Shown here: positions 1 through 8,108 of the stretch, piece by piece
Layout of the letters: each line of letters begins with the position of its first letter
Position numbering within the stretch: the first letter of the stretch is position 1
Assembly: GCF_000284455.1 (NCBI RefSeq)
Contig: NC_017039.1
Span: 3,060,001-3,092,000, forward strand
Reading direction: 5' to 3'
From: Synechocystis sp. PCC 6803 substr. PCC-P
GTDB lineage: Bacteria; Cyanobacteriota; Cyanobacteriia; Cyanobacteriales; Microcystaceae
Length of the DNA stretch: 32,000 nt
The notes under the pieces: generated by a model
What the model was told of the DNA's origin: nothing
Seen by the model: the letters and a program-made list of their open reading frames with translations, nothing else
The model's database searches: none
Made by a program: the position numbers and the translations under genes

Positions 1-1350
1 TCAGCACTGACTGGCGAATCGGTGCCCGGCACAGTTAAGCCTGGAGATACCATTCTTGCAGGCATGATCAACCAATCGGGTGTGTTGACAATTCGAGTCA
101 CCAAACTATTTAGTGAATCTTCGATCGCCAAAGTGCTCGATCTGGTTGAAAATGCGTCTAGCAAAAAGGCATCCACCGAGAAATTCATCACCCAATTTGC
201 CCGCTACTACACTCCCGTTATCGTCTTTCTTTCGTTAGCCGTTGCCCTGTTACCACCTCTGTTCATCCCTGGGGCGGATCGAGCCGATTGGGTTTATCGT
301 GCCTTGGTTCTGTTGGTGATTTCCTGTCCCTGTGGATTGGTGATCAGCATTCCGCTCGGCTATTTTGGTGGCATTGGGGGAGCCGCCAAACATGGGATTT
401 TGATCAAGGGATCTACCTTTTTAGACTCCCTCACGGCCGTTAAAACCGTTGTGTTTGATAAAACTGGAACCTTAACCAAAGGCACATTTAAGGTTACTCA
501 GGTCGTTACCAAAAATGGATTTTCTGAATCAGAATTGTTAACCCTAGCCGCAAAAGCCGAATCCCATTCCACTCATCCCATTGCCCTATCGATCCGCGAA
601 GCTTATGCCCAGTCGATCGCTGACTCTGAAGTGGCCGACTACGAAGAAATTGCTGGGCATGGCATTCGAGCCGTTGTGCAAAATCAAGTCGTCATTGCGG
701 GCAATGATCGCCTTTTGCATCGAGAAAAAATCGATCATGATACCTGTGACGTAGCCGGTACAGTGGTTCATCTCGCCGTAGATGGGCGCTATGGGGGCTA
801 TATTCTGATTGCCGACGAAATTAAGGAAGATGCGGTTCAAGCGATTCGAGACCTAAAACGCATGGGAGTTGAAAAGACCGTGATGCTGACCGGGGATAGT
901 GAAATAGTAGCTCAATCCGTTGCCCAGCAAATTGGTTTAGATGCCTTTGTTGCTGAATTATTGCCAGAAGAAAAAGTCGATGAAATTGAGCAACTGCTAG
1001 ATCCTTCAGGTAAAGCAAAACTGGCATTTGTAGGAGATGGTATTAATGATGCCCCCGTGATTGCCCGAGCCGATGTCGGTATAGCCATGGGGGGATTGGG
1101 CTCCGATGCTGCCATTGAAACAGCGGACGTGGTGTTGATGACCGATGCGCCCTCGAAGGTGGCCGAAGCGATTCATGTGGCCCGCAAAACTCGTCAAATT
1201 GTTGTACAGAACATTGTCCTAGCCCTAGGGATTAAAGCACTTTTTATCGCCCTGGGCACCATTGGCTTGGCAACCCTCTGGGAGGCGGTGTTTGCGGATG
1301 TGGGAGTAGCACTGTTAGCGATTTTGAATGCTACTCGGATTGCTAAGTAA
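1..1350 (+). CDS. ziaA: Heavy-metal translocating P1B-type ATPase, C-terminal part (ZiaA-like Zn exporter); 5' end lies outside the window
   Basis: The frame is open from base 1 and reads SALTGESVPGTVKPGD (A-domain TGES motif), so the listed GTG start at 22 is internal. CPC in ISCPCGLVISIP, DKTGTLT, HP locus (SHSTHP), GDGINDAP. CPC rather than SPC favours a Zn/Cd or Cu type over a Co type. Symbol is inferred from recalled gene neighbourhood. Confidence 0.85.
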   Translation, partial: SALTGESVPGTVKPGDTILAGMINQSGVLTIRVTKLFSESSIAKVLDLVENASSKKASTEKFITQFARYYTPVIVFLSLAVALLPPLFIPGADRADWVYRALVLLVISCPCGLVISIPLGYFGGIGGAAKHGILIKGSTFLDSLTAVKTVVFDKTGTLTKGTFKVTQVVTKNGFSESELLTLAAKAESHSTHPIALSIREAYAQSIADSEVADYEEIAGHGIRAVVQNQVVIAGNDRLLHREKIDHDTCDVAGTVVHLAVDGRYGGYILIADEIKEDAVQAIRDLKRMGVEKTVMLTGDSEIVAQSVAQQIGLDAFVAELLPEEKVDEIEQLLDPSGKAKLAFVGDGINDAPVIARADVGIAMGGLGSDAAIETADVVLMTDAPSKVAEAIHVARKTRQIVVQNIVLALGIKALFIALGTIGLATLWEAVFADVGVALLAILNATRIAK

Positions 1351-1376
1351 AGTGCATTGACAGTATCCATACCCTG

Positions 1377-2753
1377 TTAGGTGAGATTTTTGGTACACTC
1401 TCGGGACTGTTGGTATGGTGGCGGACATATTGATAAGCGAATGGTGAATAAACTTCCCTGACCCAATTCACTCTCTACAGTCAAAACACCTTGATGCTTA
1501 ACGGCGATCGCCTGGGCAATGGCAAGGCCTAATCCTGCCCCTCCCCGTTGTCGAGACCGGGCCGTGTCCACCCGATAAAAACGGTCAAAAACCCGGCTTT
1601 GATTCTCCGAAGCAATGCCAATGCCCGTATCTTGGACTTTGATGATGGCTTGCTGTTTATCGGTCTCAAGCATGACGGTTACCTCGCCCCCCGTTGGGGT
1701 GTAGTGAATGGCATTACTGATTAAATTACCCACCAAACGATAAAGCTGTTCTTCTTCTCCCCTGACCCAGATATTTGCTTGATTGTCTAACTTCGCAGAT
1801 AACAATACCCCAGCGGCGATCGCCAAACTGGCAAATTCTTCGGTTAAATCTTCAACTAAATCATTGAGACAACAAAGGGTAAACTGGGTCGGATTAACTG
1901 TTGTTAAATCCATGCGGGAGAGGAGTAATAAATCATGGATTAAATGGCTGAGACGATAATTTTGTCGTTTTAAGGTTTGCAAGGTGCTATGGGTTTCTTC
2001 AGCATTAGGTTCTGCATTTAATGTCGTTTCCAACGTTGCCTGAATCGCCGTAATCGGTGTACGTAATTCGTGGGCAATATCAGCGGTGAACTGCTGGATT
2101 TGTTGGTAGGAACGATAAACCGGCTCCATGGCTAAGCCTGCTAACCACCAACTAGCACCACCGACCACAATCATCACAATGGGTAAACCCCAAACTAAAA
2201 AGCCTTGGATCGTGTGCAAATGATGGTCATATTCCACCAAGGAGCGCCCCACCTTTAAATAGCCCCAAGGTTCACCAGTGGTGGTTTTTAACAGCAAAGA
2301 AACTTGGTGATAGCGGTTCCCTTTTTGATCCGTTAATGGTTTTTGACGGGTGGTTTCCCGCTCAAAGGCTAAGCCTGGGGGATTTTCCCCTGCCGTTGCT
2401 AATAATTGACCGTTTAAGTCCAAAAACCGGACATAATAGCCCGGCTGTTGGGTTGCGTTGAGAATATGCCTCCGTTGAGGCGACCTAGGGCAAGCTACTG
2501 TACCTAAGCAAAGATTAGGCAAAATTTGTTTAACTGAGGGCTCTAACTGCCCTGGTTGTTGTAATAGTGGTTCCAATCCATCATGGAGAGTCCCCGCTAG
2601 GGAAGTAAGCTCTTGATCCAGCGATCGCCAATGATCCTGGGAAGTCATTTCATAGACCGCTAGGCCACAAAGACCCAAAATTAGCCCCATGACCCCAGCG
2701 TAATAACTGGCTAAACGCCAACGGGATAGATTGAATAATCTATTGTTCTGCAT
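1377..2753 (-). CDS. copS: Two-component sensor histidine kinase (CopS/Hik31-like)
   Basis: N-terminal TM, periplasmic region, second TM, H-box FTADIAHELRTPITAI, N-box NLISNAIHYT, G-boxes DTGIGI and GGAGLGLAI. 14-bp overlap with the upstream regulator gene. Confidence 0.88.
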   Translation of the reverse strand: MQNNRLFNLSRWRLASYYAGVMGLILGLCGLAVYEMTSQDHWRSLDQELTSLAGTLHDGLEPLLQQPGQLEPSVKQILPNLCLGTVACPRSPQRRHILNATQQPGYYVRFLDLNGQLLATAGENPPGLAFERETTRQKPLTDQKGNRYHQVSLLLKTTTGEPWGYLKVGRSLVEYDHHLHTIQGFLVWGLPIVMIVVGGASWWLAGLAMEPVYRSYQQIQQFTADIAHELRTPITAIQATLETTLNAEPNAEETHSTLQTLKRQNYRLSHLIHDLLLLSRMDLTTVNPTQFTLCCLNDLVEDLTEEFASLAIAAGVLLSAKLDNQANIWVRGEEEQLYRLVGNLISNAIHYTPTGGEVTVMLETDKQQAIIKVQDTGIGIASENQSRVFDRFYRVDTARSRQRGGAGLGLAIAQAIAVKHQGVLTVESELGQGSLFTIRLSICPPPYQQSRECTKNLT

Positions 2754-3438
2754 GGGTTGGATGGGGCTGAAAACGATACCCTAAGCCATACACGGTTTCA
2801 ATGAGATTGCCATGGCTATACTCCTCTAATTTTCGCCGGAGCAAACGCACCTGGGCCGCTACGACATTACTGGTAGATTCCGCCGACAGCGCCCACAGTT
2901 GATTTTTAATCTGTTCACTACTAAGAATTTGCTGGGGATGTTTCATGAAGTATTCCAAAAGCTGGAACTCCTTGGCTGTGAGGGTAATTCTTGCTTGCTC
3001 TGGGGTTACTACCGCAAAAGTTCCATAATCCAACCACCATTGCCCCACCTGTAACTGCTGGGGTTGCAATTCTGGCGATCGCCGTTGCAAAGAACGTAAA
3101 CGAGCTAATAGTTCCGCCATGCCAAAGGGCTTGATTAAATAATCATCGGCCCCTGCATCTAAACCCTCAACCCGATCTGCAATTTGATCCTTCGCTGTCA
3201 GCATTAGAATCGGTAAAGAACTCCTTTGGCCCCGGAGTTTTTGACACAATTCCAACCCTGATAACCCCGGCACCATCCAATCAAAAATAGCCAGGGTATA
3301 GTTCACCCAGCCCTGGTCTAAATAGCTCCAGGCTAGGTTGCCGTCCTGCACCCAATCAACTACGTAATTTTCGCGACGGAGAGCTTTTTCCAGCGCCATT
3401 CCTAGATCAGGCTCATCCTCCACCAGCAACAGTCTCAT
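2740..3438 (-). CDS. copR: OmpR/PhoB-family response regulator (CopR/Rre34-like)
   Basis: Receiver domain (LLLVEDEPDLG, DWMVPGLSG, LTAKD) plus winged-helix output domain (TAKEFQLLEYFMKHP...VRLLRRKLE...VYGLGYRF). Confidence 0.9.
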   Translation of the reverse strand: MRLLLVEDEPDLGMALEKALRRENYVVDWVQDGNLAWSYLDQGWVNYTLAIFDWMVPGLSGLELCQKLRGQRSSLPILMLTAKDQIADRVEGLDAGADDYLIKPFGMAELLARLRSLQRRSPELQPQQLQVGQWWLDYGTFAVVTPEQARITLTAKEFQLLEYFMKHPQQILSSEQIKNQLWALSAESTSNVVAAQVRLLRRKLEEYSHGNLIETVYGLGYRFQPHPTHAEQ

Positions 3439-3444
3439 GCTTCC

Positions 3445-4035
3445 TCACTGACCATACCAGTTTTGATACCATTGCTTCATTTGCTTAATTTCCGCACTTT
3501 GGGAGCGGATAATGTCATCCATCAATTTATCCATCTCCGGCCGTTCCGTATTGGTTTTTAAATTGCTAGCCATCATCACTGCCATTTGATGGTGGGGAAT
3601 CATCTGACGAATAAATTCCCGGTCAAAGTTTTGGGCGGTGGCCAAAGCCTCTAAATCCATCGCCATCATGCCGTGACCTTGGTGCATTCCCATCATTCCC
3701 TGGCTCGACAAAGCAGGCACTGGTCGTTTAAACCATTGCTGATACCAGGTTTTCATTTCTTTAATTTCCCTTTCCTGGTCTCGGATAATATTCCGTGCCA
3801 ACTTTTTGAGTTCAGGATGTTCGGCTTTTTGTAGAGCCATCTCCGCCATATCAATGGCATCTTGATGGTGGGGAATCATCATTTCGATAAAACTTTGGTC
3901 TGTCCATTGCATGTGCATGCCTTGTTGGGCCATCATCTGCGGTGGAGATTGATTGCGATAAACCGCTGTTACCCCAGCCGCTGAACCACTGAGGAGTAGT
4001 CCTGCCAACCCATATATCCAGAATTGATTACCCAC
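3445..4035 (-). CDS. copM: DUF305 family metal-binding protein (CopM-like)
   Basis: Two MIPHHQDAI / MIPHHQMAV motifs, a Met/His-rich segment (MMGMHQGHGMMAM), N-terminal hydrophobic signal/anchor. GTG start with AGGAGG-like RBS. Same strand and immediately upstream of copR. Confidence 0.88.
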   Translation of the reverse strand: MGNQFWIYGLAGLLLSGSAAGVTAVYRNQSPPQMMAQQGMHMQWTDQSFIEMMIPHHQDAIDMAEMALQKAEHPELKKLARNIIRDQEREIKEMKTWYQQWFKRPVPALSSQGMMGMHQGHGMMAMDLEALATAQNFDREFIRQMIPHHQMAVMMASNLKTNTERPEMDKLMDDIIRSQSAEIKQMKQWYQNWYGQ

Positions 4036-4085
4036 GGGAATGCTTACCTCCTATTCCTTCTCTAATTCCAGTCTGGCAAAGCAAA

Positions 4086-4102
4086 ATGAAATCAGGATGA
4101 AA
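4086..4102 (-). promoter_or_regulatory. Putative CopR-binding direct repeat upstream of copM
   Basis: Minus strand reads TTTCAT-CCTGA-TTTCAT, matching the NTTCAT-N4/5-NTTCAT direct repeat reported for CopR in Synechocystis. Lies 51-67 bp upstream of the copM start. Confidence 0.7.
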
Positions 4103-4256
4103 TTTAGAGCTCATTTATAAAGTCTTGTAATGGATAGCAAGTAGGAGAAGAAAAAAAGGAAAACTAAGAGTAAGAGCAGAAGGAGACAAAGAGCATGAAA
4201 AGTCGACAGCCTATGAAACAGACCTGAGCGATGCAGAATGGGCAATAGTTGAATCA

Positions 4257-4580
4257 ATGATTCCTCCCGCAAAGCCCGGAGGACACCCACGAACCACAGA
4301 TATGCGAGCGGTTTGTAATGGTATTTACTACCAACTAAAAACGGGTTGTCAATGGGCAATGTTACCCCATGACTTTCCTCCTAGTAGCACGGTCTATAGC
4401 TATTACCGTAAATGGCAACGTCATGGCGTGTGGGAAAGGCTCAATCTAAGGCTGCTGGAGCAATGCCGCCTCCAGAGTGGCAAGAGCCTTCAACCTAGCG
4501 TAATAGCGGCAGATAGCCAATCGGTAAAAACCACCGAAAAAAGGGGGAAGTCTACGGTTTTGACGGAGGTAAGAAGGTGA
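4257..4580 (+). CDS. IS5-family transposase, ORF A (N-terminal part)
   Basis: IPPAKPGGHPRTTDMRAVCNGIYYQLKTGCQWAMLPHDFPP...VIAADSQSVKTTEK (first catalytic D). The frame stays open upstream and encodes YETDLSDAEWAIVES, so the true start is probably upstream of 4257. Confidence 0.87.
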   Translation: MIPPAKPGGHPRTTDMRAVCNGIYYQLKTGCQWAMLPHDFPPSSTVYSYYRKWQRHGVWERLNLRLLEQCRLQSGKSLQPSVIAADSQSVKTTEKRGKSTVLTEVRR

Positions 4581-5005
4581 AAGGACGAAAGTGTCACCTA
4601 ATCGTCGATAGTCTGGGCTTAGTCTTAAAAGTGATAGTGACCGAAGCAAATGCAAGTGAACGCATCGTCACAGCTTATGCTCTGATGAGTTTGCTTGAAG
4701 AAGGAACTCAACTCCTCGAGTCTGTCAAGAGCATGTTAGTAGACCAGGGTTATCGAGGTGATACCTTTGGGTTAGCCATCTGGCTCTTAATTCAAGCCAA
4801 AGTCCAGGTGATTAGTCGTTCAGGGAAGTCTTTTGAGATCTTACCAAAAATATGGATTGTCGAGAGGACGTTCGGTTGGCTGAACTGGTATCGTCGTTTG
4901 AGTAAGGATTATGAGCATCTACCAGAAATGAGCGAAGCGGCTATTTATGCCGTGATGACTCCCATTATGTTGCGTCGTCTTTCTGCTACTTCTACCACTT
5001 TATAA
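4577..5005 (+). CDS. IS5-family transposase, ORF B (C-terminal part)
   Basis: KVKGRKCHLIVDSLG...LVDQGYRGD...VERTFGWLNWYRRLSKDYEHLP (second D and the E). Lies in the -1 frame relative to ORF A. The -1 frame is open back through GEVYGFDGGKKVKGRK. Confidence 0.88.
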   Translation: MKGRKCHLIVDSLGLVLKVIVTEANASERIVTAYALMSLLEEGTQLLESVKSMLVDQGYRGDTFGLAIWLLIQAKVQVISRSGKSFEILPKIWIVERTFGWLNWYRRLSKDYEHLPEMSEAAIYAVMTPIMLRRLSATSTTL

Positions 5006-5185
5006 ATGGGCTCTTAGGGCACTTTTCATCAAGCCCATTTCCCTTGCCACTTGGCTTATGGGCTTTCCAGATTGTTCTACTATTTTTACTGCTTCTGATT
5101 TTTGCTCCTTTGTAAATTGTCGTCTTGTTTTTTCGTCATTTGAACATTCTCCTTGATTTTCGACTCTTTGAATGTGTCCATTTTT

Positions 5186-5476
5186 TCAGTCATGGTCAAT
5201 ATTTTGGATAGTGACTTTGGGATCGGGATTGTGACTAAAACACTCTGCTTTTGTTTCAATTTTTTTGAGTTGGGCGATCGCCATCGAGCAGGGTCTGCCA
5301 TAGACTTGCCGTACCCGTTCACTGGCAAGGGTTAAAGATTTCTGTGATCGCTGCACAAAATCTGCCAATTCGTAGGTTTGACCAGACTGAAAATATTGAT
5401 TGACCACTGTGGAGGGTGAATAAAACTGATCCTCTGAACCATCGGGCCAAACGATGTCAAATGTAACTTCGGGCAT
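5186..5476 (-). CDS. MSMEG_0570 family nitrogen starvation response protein (Nit1C cluster)
   Basis: Small protein MPEVTFDIVWPDGSEDQFYSPSTVVNQYFQSGQTYELADFVQRSQKSLTLASERVRQVYG, which resembles this family. 3-bp spacing from the upstream cluster gene. Confidence 0.8.
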   Translation of the reverse strand: MPEVTFDIVWPDGSEDQFYSPSTVVNQYFQSGQTYELADFVQRSQKSLTLASERVRQVYGRPCSMAIAQLKKIETKAECFSHNPDPKVTIQNIDHD

Positions 5477-5479
5477 TGT

Positions 5480-6448
5480 TTATGAATCTCCGGTAAAGCC
5501 AGTGAGGGGGTTTTGCTGCAAATCCCAAAATAGTTGGGACTCTGAACCTAGTTTAAGGGTGAGATTATGACCCGGTTGTATCGTGGCGATCGCCTCTGCT
5601 ATTAAACCTTCAGCCTGAAAACAAGCCTTGACCGTTTTGACGAACTGAGGACGCACGCTCAGCAAAAAACCATAACTCGGAAAACTAAGTAGCCATTGCC
5701 TAAAATCTAGACCCGCCGGACAGGAAATGGCATCAAGGTCGAGGATTGCGCCACATTTTGATGTTTCTAAAAGCATTAATGCTGTACCAATAATGCCGCC
5801 CATACTGACATCTTTCCCCGCATCACATAGCTTGTTTTCGGCCAGGTAGGGTAAAAGATCCCAGTGTTTTTGCAAAGTTTCTGTTTCTGCCATCGTTGCT
5901 GCATCCCAGCAATAGGGCGCATTGGGTCGCGGTTTGCCTTGAAAATTGCTTACAAGAATCAGGCGATCGCCTACCTGGGCATCAAAGCTGGTGATTAAAG
6001 ACTTTGCCCGACCTAAAATCGCCACTCCCAAGGCATCATAACCACTGTGGGTATTGGTATGGCCGCCCACAATGGGCACATTAAATCGAGCCGAAGCGGC
6101 TTGCATCCCTGCCCAAATTTGCTGAGCTTGGTCAGAAGACTTACTCCATAGGGCATCCACCACGGCGATCGGCCTGCCCCCCATGGCATAAATATCACTG
6201 ACATTGACCAAAACACTGCACCACCCTGCAAACCAAGGATCTTGGGTAATTAAACTGGGAGCCATCCCCTCAGCCGCAAGGAGTAGATAGCCATTCTCGT
6301 CTGGAATTGCAGCGCAATCATCACCTAATCGAATCGCCTCACCATCCCCGATCAATCGCTGTTGACCTTGACGGGATGCCAATTGAATATCCTGCTTGTG
6401 CAAAATGCCAAGGGTTTGCTGTAGTTCAATAATTAAGTCAGTTAACAT
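5480..6448 (-). CDS. AIR synthase (PurM/SelD/ThiL)-related protein, sll0787-type (Nit1C cluster)
   Basis: GDDCAAI near the N-terminus, VNVSDIYAMGGRPIAVVDALW, VGGHTNTHSGYDALGVAILG, DAGKDVSMGGIIGTALMLLE. Confidence 0.85.
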   Translation of the reverse strand: MLTDLIIELQQTLGILHKQDIQLASRQGQQRLIGDGEAIRLGDDCAAIPDENGYLLLAAEGMAPSLITQDPWFAGWCSVLVNVSDIYAMGGRPIAVVDALWSKSSDQAQQIWAGMQAASARFNVPIVGGHTNTHSGYDALGVAILGRAKSLITSFDAQVGDRLILVSNFQGKPRPNAPYCWDAATMAETETLQKHWDLLPYLAENKLCDAGKDVSMGGIIGTALMLLETSKCGAILDLDAISCPAGLDFRQWLLSFPSYGFLLSVRPQFVKTVKACFQAEGLIAEAIATIQPGHNLTLKLGSESQLFWDLQQNPLTGFTGDS

Positions 6449-6457
6449 AACCGAGAT

Positions 6458-6976
6458 TTAAGAAACCTGCAATAAAGCAAGATCGAGCTTCGGTCGACTA
6501 TAGACCACGGGGGGATAAAAATCTAAGTCCGCTTCCATTAAATGATGGGGGCGATCGCAGATCTCAATTTCCTGAAGGGAATGCCAATGTTGTCGCTGAA
6601 AAAAACGCACATTTTGCAATTGCACCGTCGCGAAAAACTTAGTACAACCCCAACCATGGGCAGCGGTAACAGCTTTATAAATCAAACCCTTGCCAATGCG
6701 ACCCACTCGCCGGTAATTTTGATGTACTCCTAGCCGACCGCCATACCAGACATTCGGTTCATTTTCATAAATCCGCACCGCACCTACTACTGTAGGTTTA
6801 CCAGGAGTCTCCGTATCTAGGGCAACAATTGGATAGGCAAACTGATCCGTCTCATCAAAATCATGTCCGGCAAAAATGCCCTGTTCCTCACAAAAAATTG
6901 CTCTGCGTAGGGCAAAATACCCTTGAATTTCTGCCGCAGATTCTGCCAGTTCAAACTGAAAACGATTGTTTGACAT
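6458..6976 (-). CDS. GNAT-family N-acetyltransferase-like protein (Nit1C cluster)
   Basis: FALRRAIFCEEQGIF...VGAVRIYENEP...WYGGRLGVHQNYRRVGRIGKGLIYKAVTAA. The ORF is open to 7036, but that start would overlap the upstream gene; the internal ATG at 6976 (MSNNRFQFELAE) is more plausible. Confidence 0.8.
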   Translation of the reverse strand: MSNNRFQFELAESAAEIQGYFALRRAIFCEEQGIFAGHDFDETDQFAYPIVALDTETPGKPTVVGAVRIYENEPNVWYGGRLGVHQNYRRVGRIGKGLIYKAVTAAHGWGCTKFFATVQLQNVRFFQRQHWHSLQEIEICDRPHHLMEADLDFYPPVVYSRPKLDLALLQVS

Positions 6977-6989
6977 CGTAAAAAGCTCT

Positions 6990-8078
6990 CTATTTTGCAA
7001 ATGTTGATAATGCTGAACAAGCGCCACATTTCGCACAGCCGGCCTTCATATCTACTGAAGAAATCTGCGATTGCTTAATGATTGTGCCGACCCTCTGATA
7101 CAGGGCAAACATAAAATCACTGTCCGGCGCAGGGTGATTTGCTAAAGGTGTTTCGGAAATGGGGACGAAGGGAACAACAAAAGGGTAAACGCCCATATTG
7201 ACCAGCTTTTCCGAGGCTTCTACCAAAGTTTCAAAGCTATCTCCCAGCCCTGCTAAGAGATAGGTGCTGACCTGTCCCCAACCGAAGACTTTAACGGCGG
7301 CTTCGTAAGCTTCGTAATAGTAGGAAACTGGAACCTCGGCTTTTCCGGGCATAATTTTGGCACGAACATCCGGATCAACCGCTTCGAGATGCATTCCCAA
7401 ACTATCGACGCCAGCGGCTTTCATGCGCTCGAACCAAATAAAATCATCGGGGGGTTCACACTGGGCCTGAATGGGAATATTGACCCGCGCTTTAATGGCT
7501 GCTGCACATTTTGTAAGGTAGGCTGCACCACGATCGCCTGAATTGGGTGTCCCCGTTGTCATGATCACCTGTTCGATACCGTCTAACCGGACTGCGGCTT
7601 CTGTGACCTCGGCTAACTGCTCCGGTAATTTACGGGTGATCGTGCGACCTGCATCAAGGGATTTTTCTATGGCGCAAAATTGACAAACAGTGGACTCATC
7701 GCGATAACGTATACAGGTTTGCTGAACCGTCGTCGCTAAAACATTGTTGCTGTGCAGTAGCGCAATGTGCGAATAGGGAATACCATCTGCTGTCTTCAAA
7801 TCATAGAATTTAGGTTGACGGGGCAGGGCGATCGCCGCAATCTCTTCGTCCCCTTTGCTCAAAACCGTCTTTGGGGGCATGGATGCAAGGTTGATACTGT
7901 AGGGCGATGCCGCAGCGGTGGAAGTATAGATTGGCACCATCACCGTCGTCCCATCCACCGTCACTGCCCGATGATCTGAAGGCCCTGCACCGCCTTTGCG
8001 CCCAAGATCTTTGGCATTTGGATCCACCAGTCGCAACCCTTTGGATTGCAGTTCTGTGATGAGACGTTGCTTATTCAT
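6990..8078 (-). CDS. MSMEG_0568-family radical SAM protein (Nit1C cluster)
   Basis: Cys pattern TCIRYRDESTVCQFCAIEKS, TTGTPNSGDRG, VQAQCEPPDD, LGMHLEAVDP, YLLAGLGD, C-terminal GCAKCGACS. Flanked by other Nit1C genes. Confidence 0.82.
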   Translation of the reverse strand: MNKQRLITELQSKGLRLVDPNAKDLGRKGGAGPSDHRAVTVDGTTVMVPIYTSTAAASPYSINLASMPPKTVLSKGDEEIAAIALPRQPKFYDLKTADGIPYSHIALLHSNNVLATTVQQTCIRYRDESTVCQFCAIEKSLDAGRTITRKLPEQLAEVTEAAVRLDGIEQVIMTTGTPNSGDRGAAYLTKCAAAIKARVNIPIQAQCEPPDDFIWFERMKAAGVDSLGMHLEAVDPDVRAKIMPGKAEVPVSYYYEAYEAAVKVFGWGQVSTYLLAGLGDSFETLVEASEKLVNMGVYPFVVPFVPISETPLANHPAPDSDFMFALYQRVGTIIKQSQISSVDMKAGCAKCGACSALSTFAK

Positions 8079-8108
8079 GTCGCTGGGATAATCCTTAAAT
8101 TTTTGTAC

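Larger units (their letters stand above)
4107..5013 (+). mobile_element. Complete IS5-family insertion sequence (two-ORF, ISY802-like)
   Basis: Terminal inverted repeats GAGCTCATTTATAAAGT (4107-4123) and reverse complement of ACTTTATAAATGGGCTC (4997-5013), 16/17 identical. Flanking 3-bp direct repeat TTA (4104-4106 and 5014-5016). Overlapping transposase ORFs inside. Confidence 0.9.

Noticed and set aside
22-24. GTG at 22 as the start of the P-type ATPase
   Set aside because: The frame is open to base 1 and encodes the conserved TGES motif (SALTGES), so the gene begins outside the window.
586-1197. Minus-strand ORFs 586-840, 821-1027, 912-1115 and 1006-1197
   Set aside because: Antisense to strongly conserved ATPase motifs, low-complexity translations, no family resemblance.
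4111-4655. Minus-strand ORFs 4111-4359 and 4446-4655 inside the IS
   Set aside because: Shadow ORFs of the transposase or IS end; the first begins in the terminal-repeat region and has no recognisable features.
5153-5335. Plus-strand ORF of 60 aa
   Set aside because: Antisense to the MSMEG_0570-like protein, which has family-level support and operon context.
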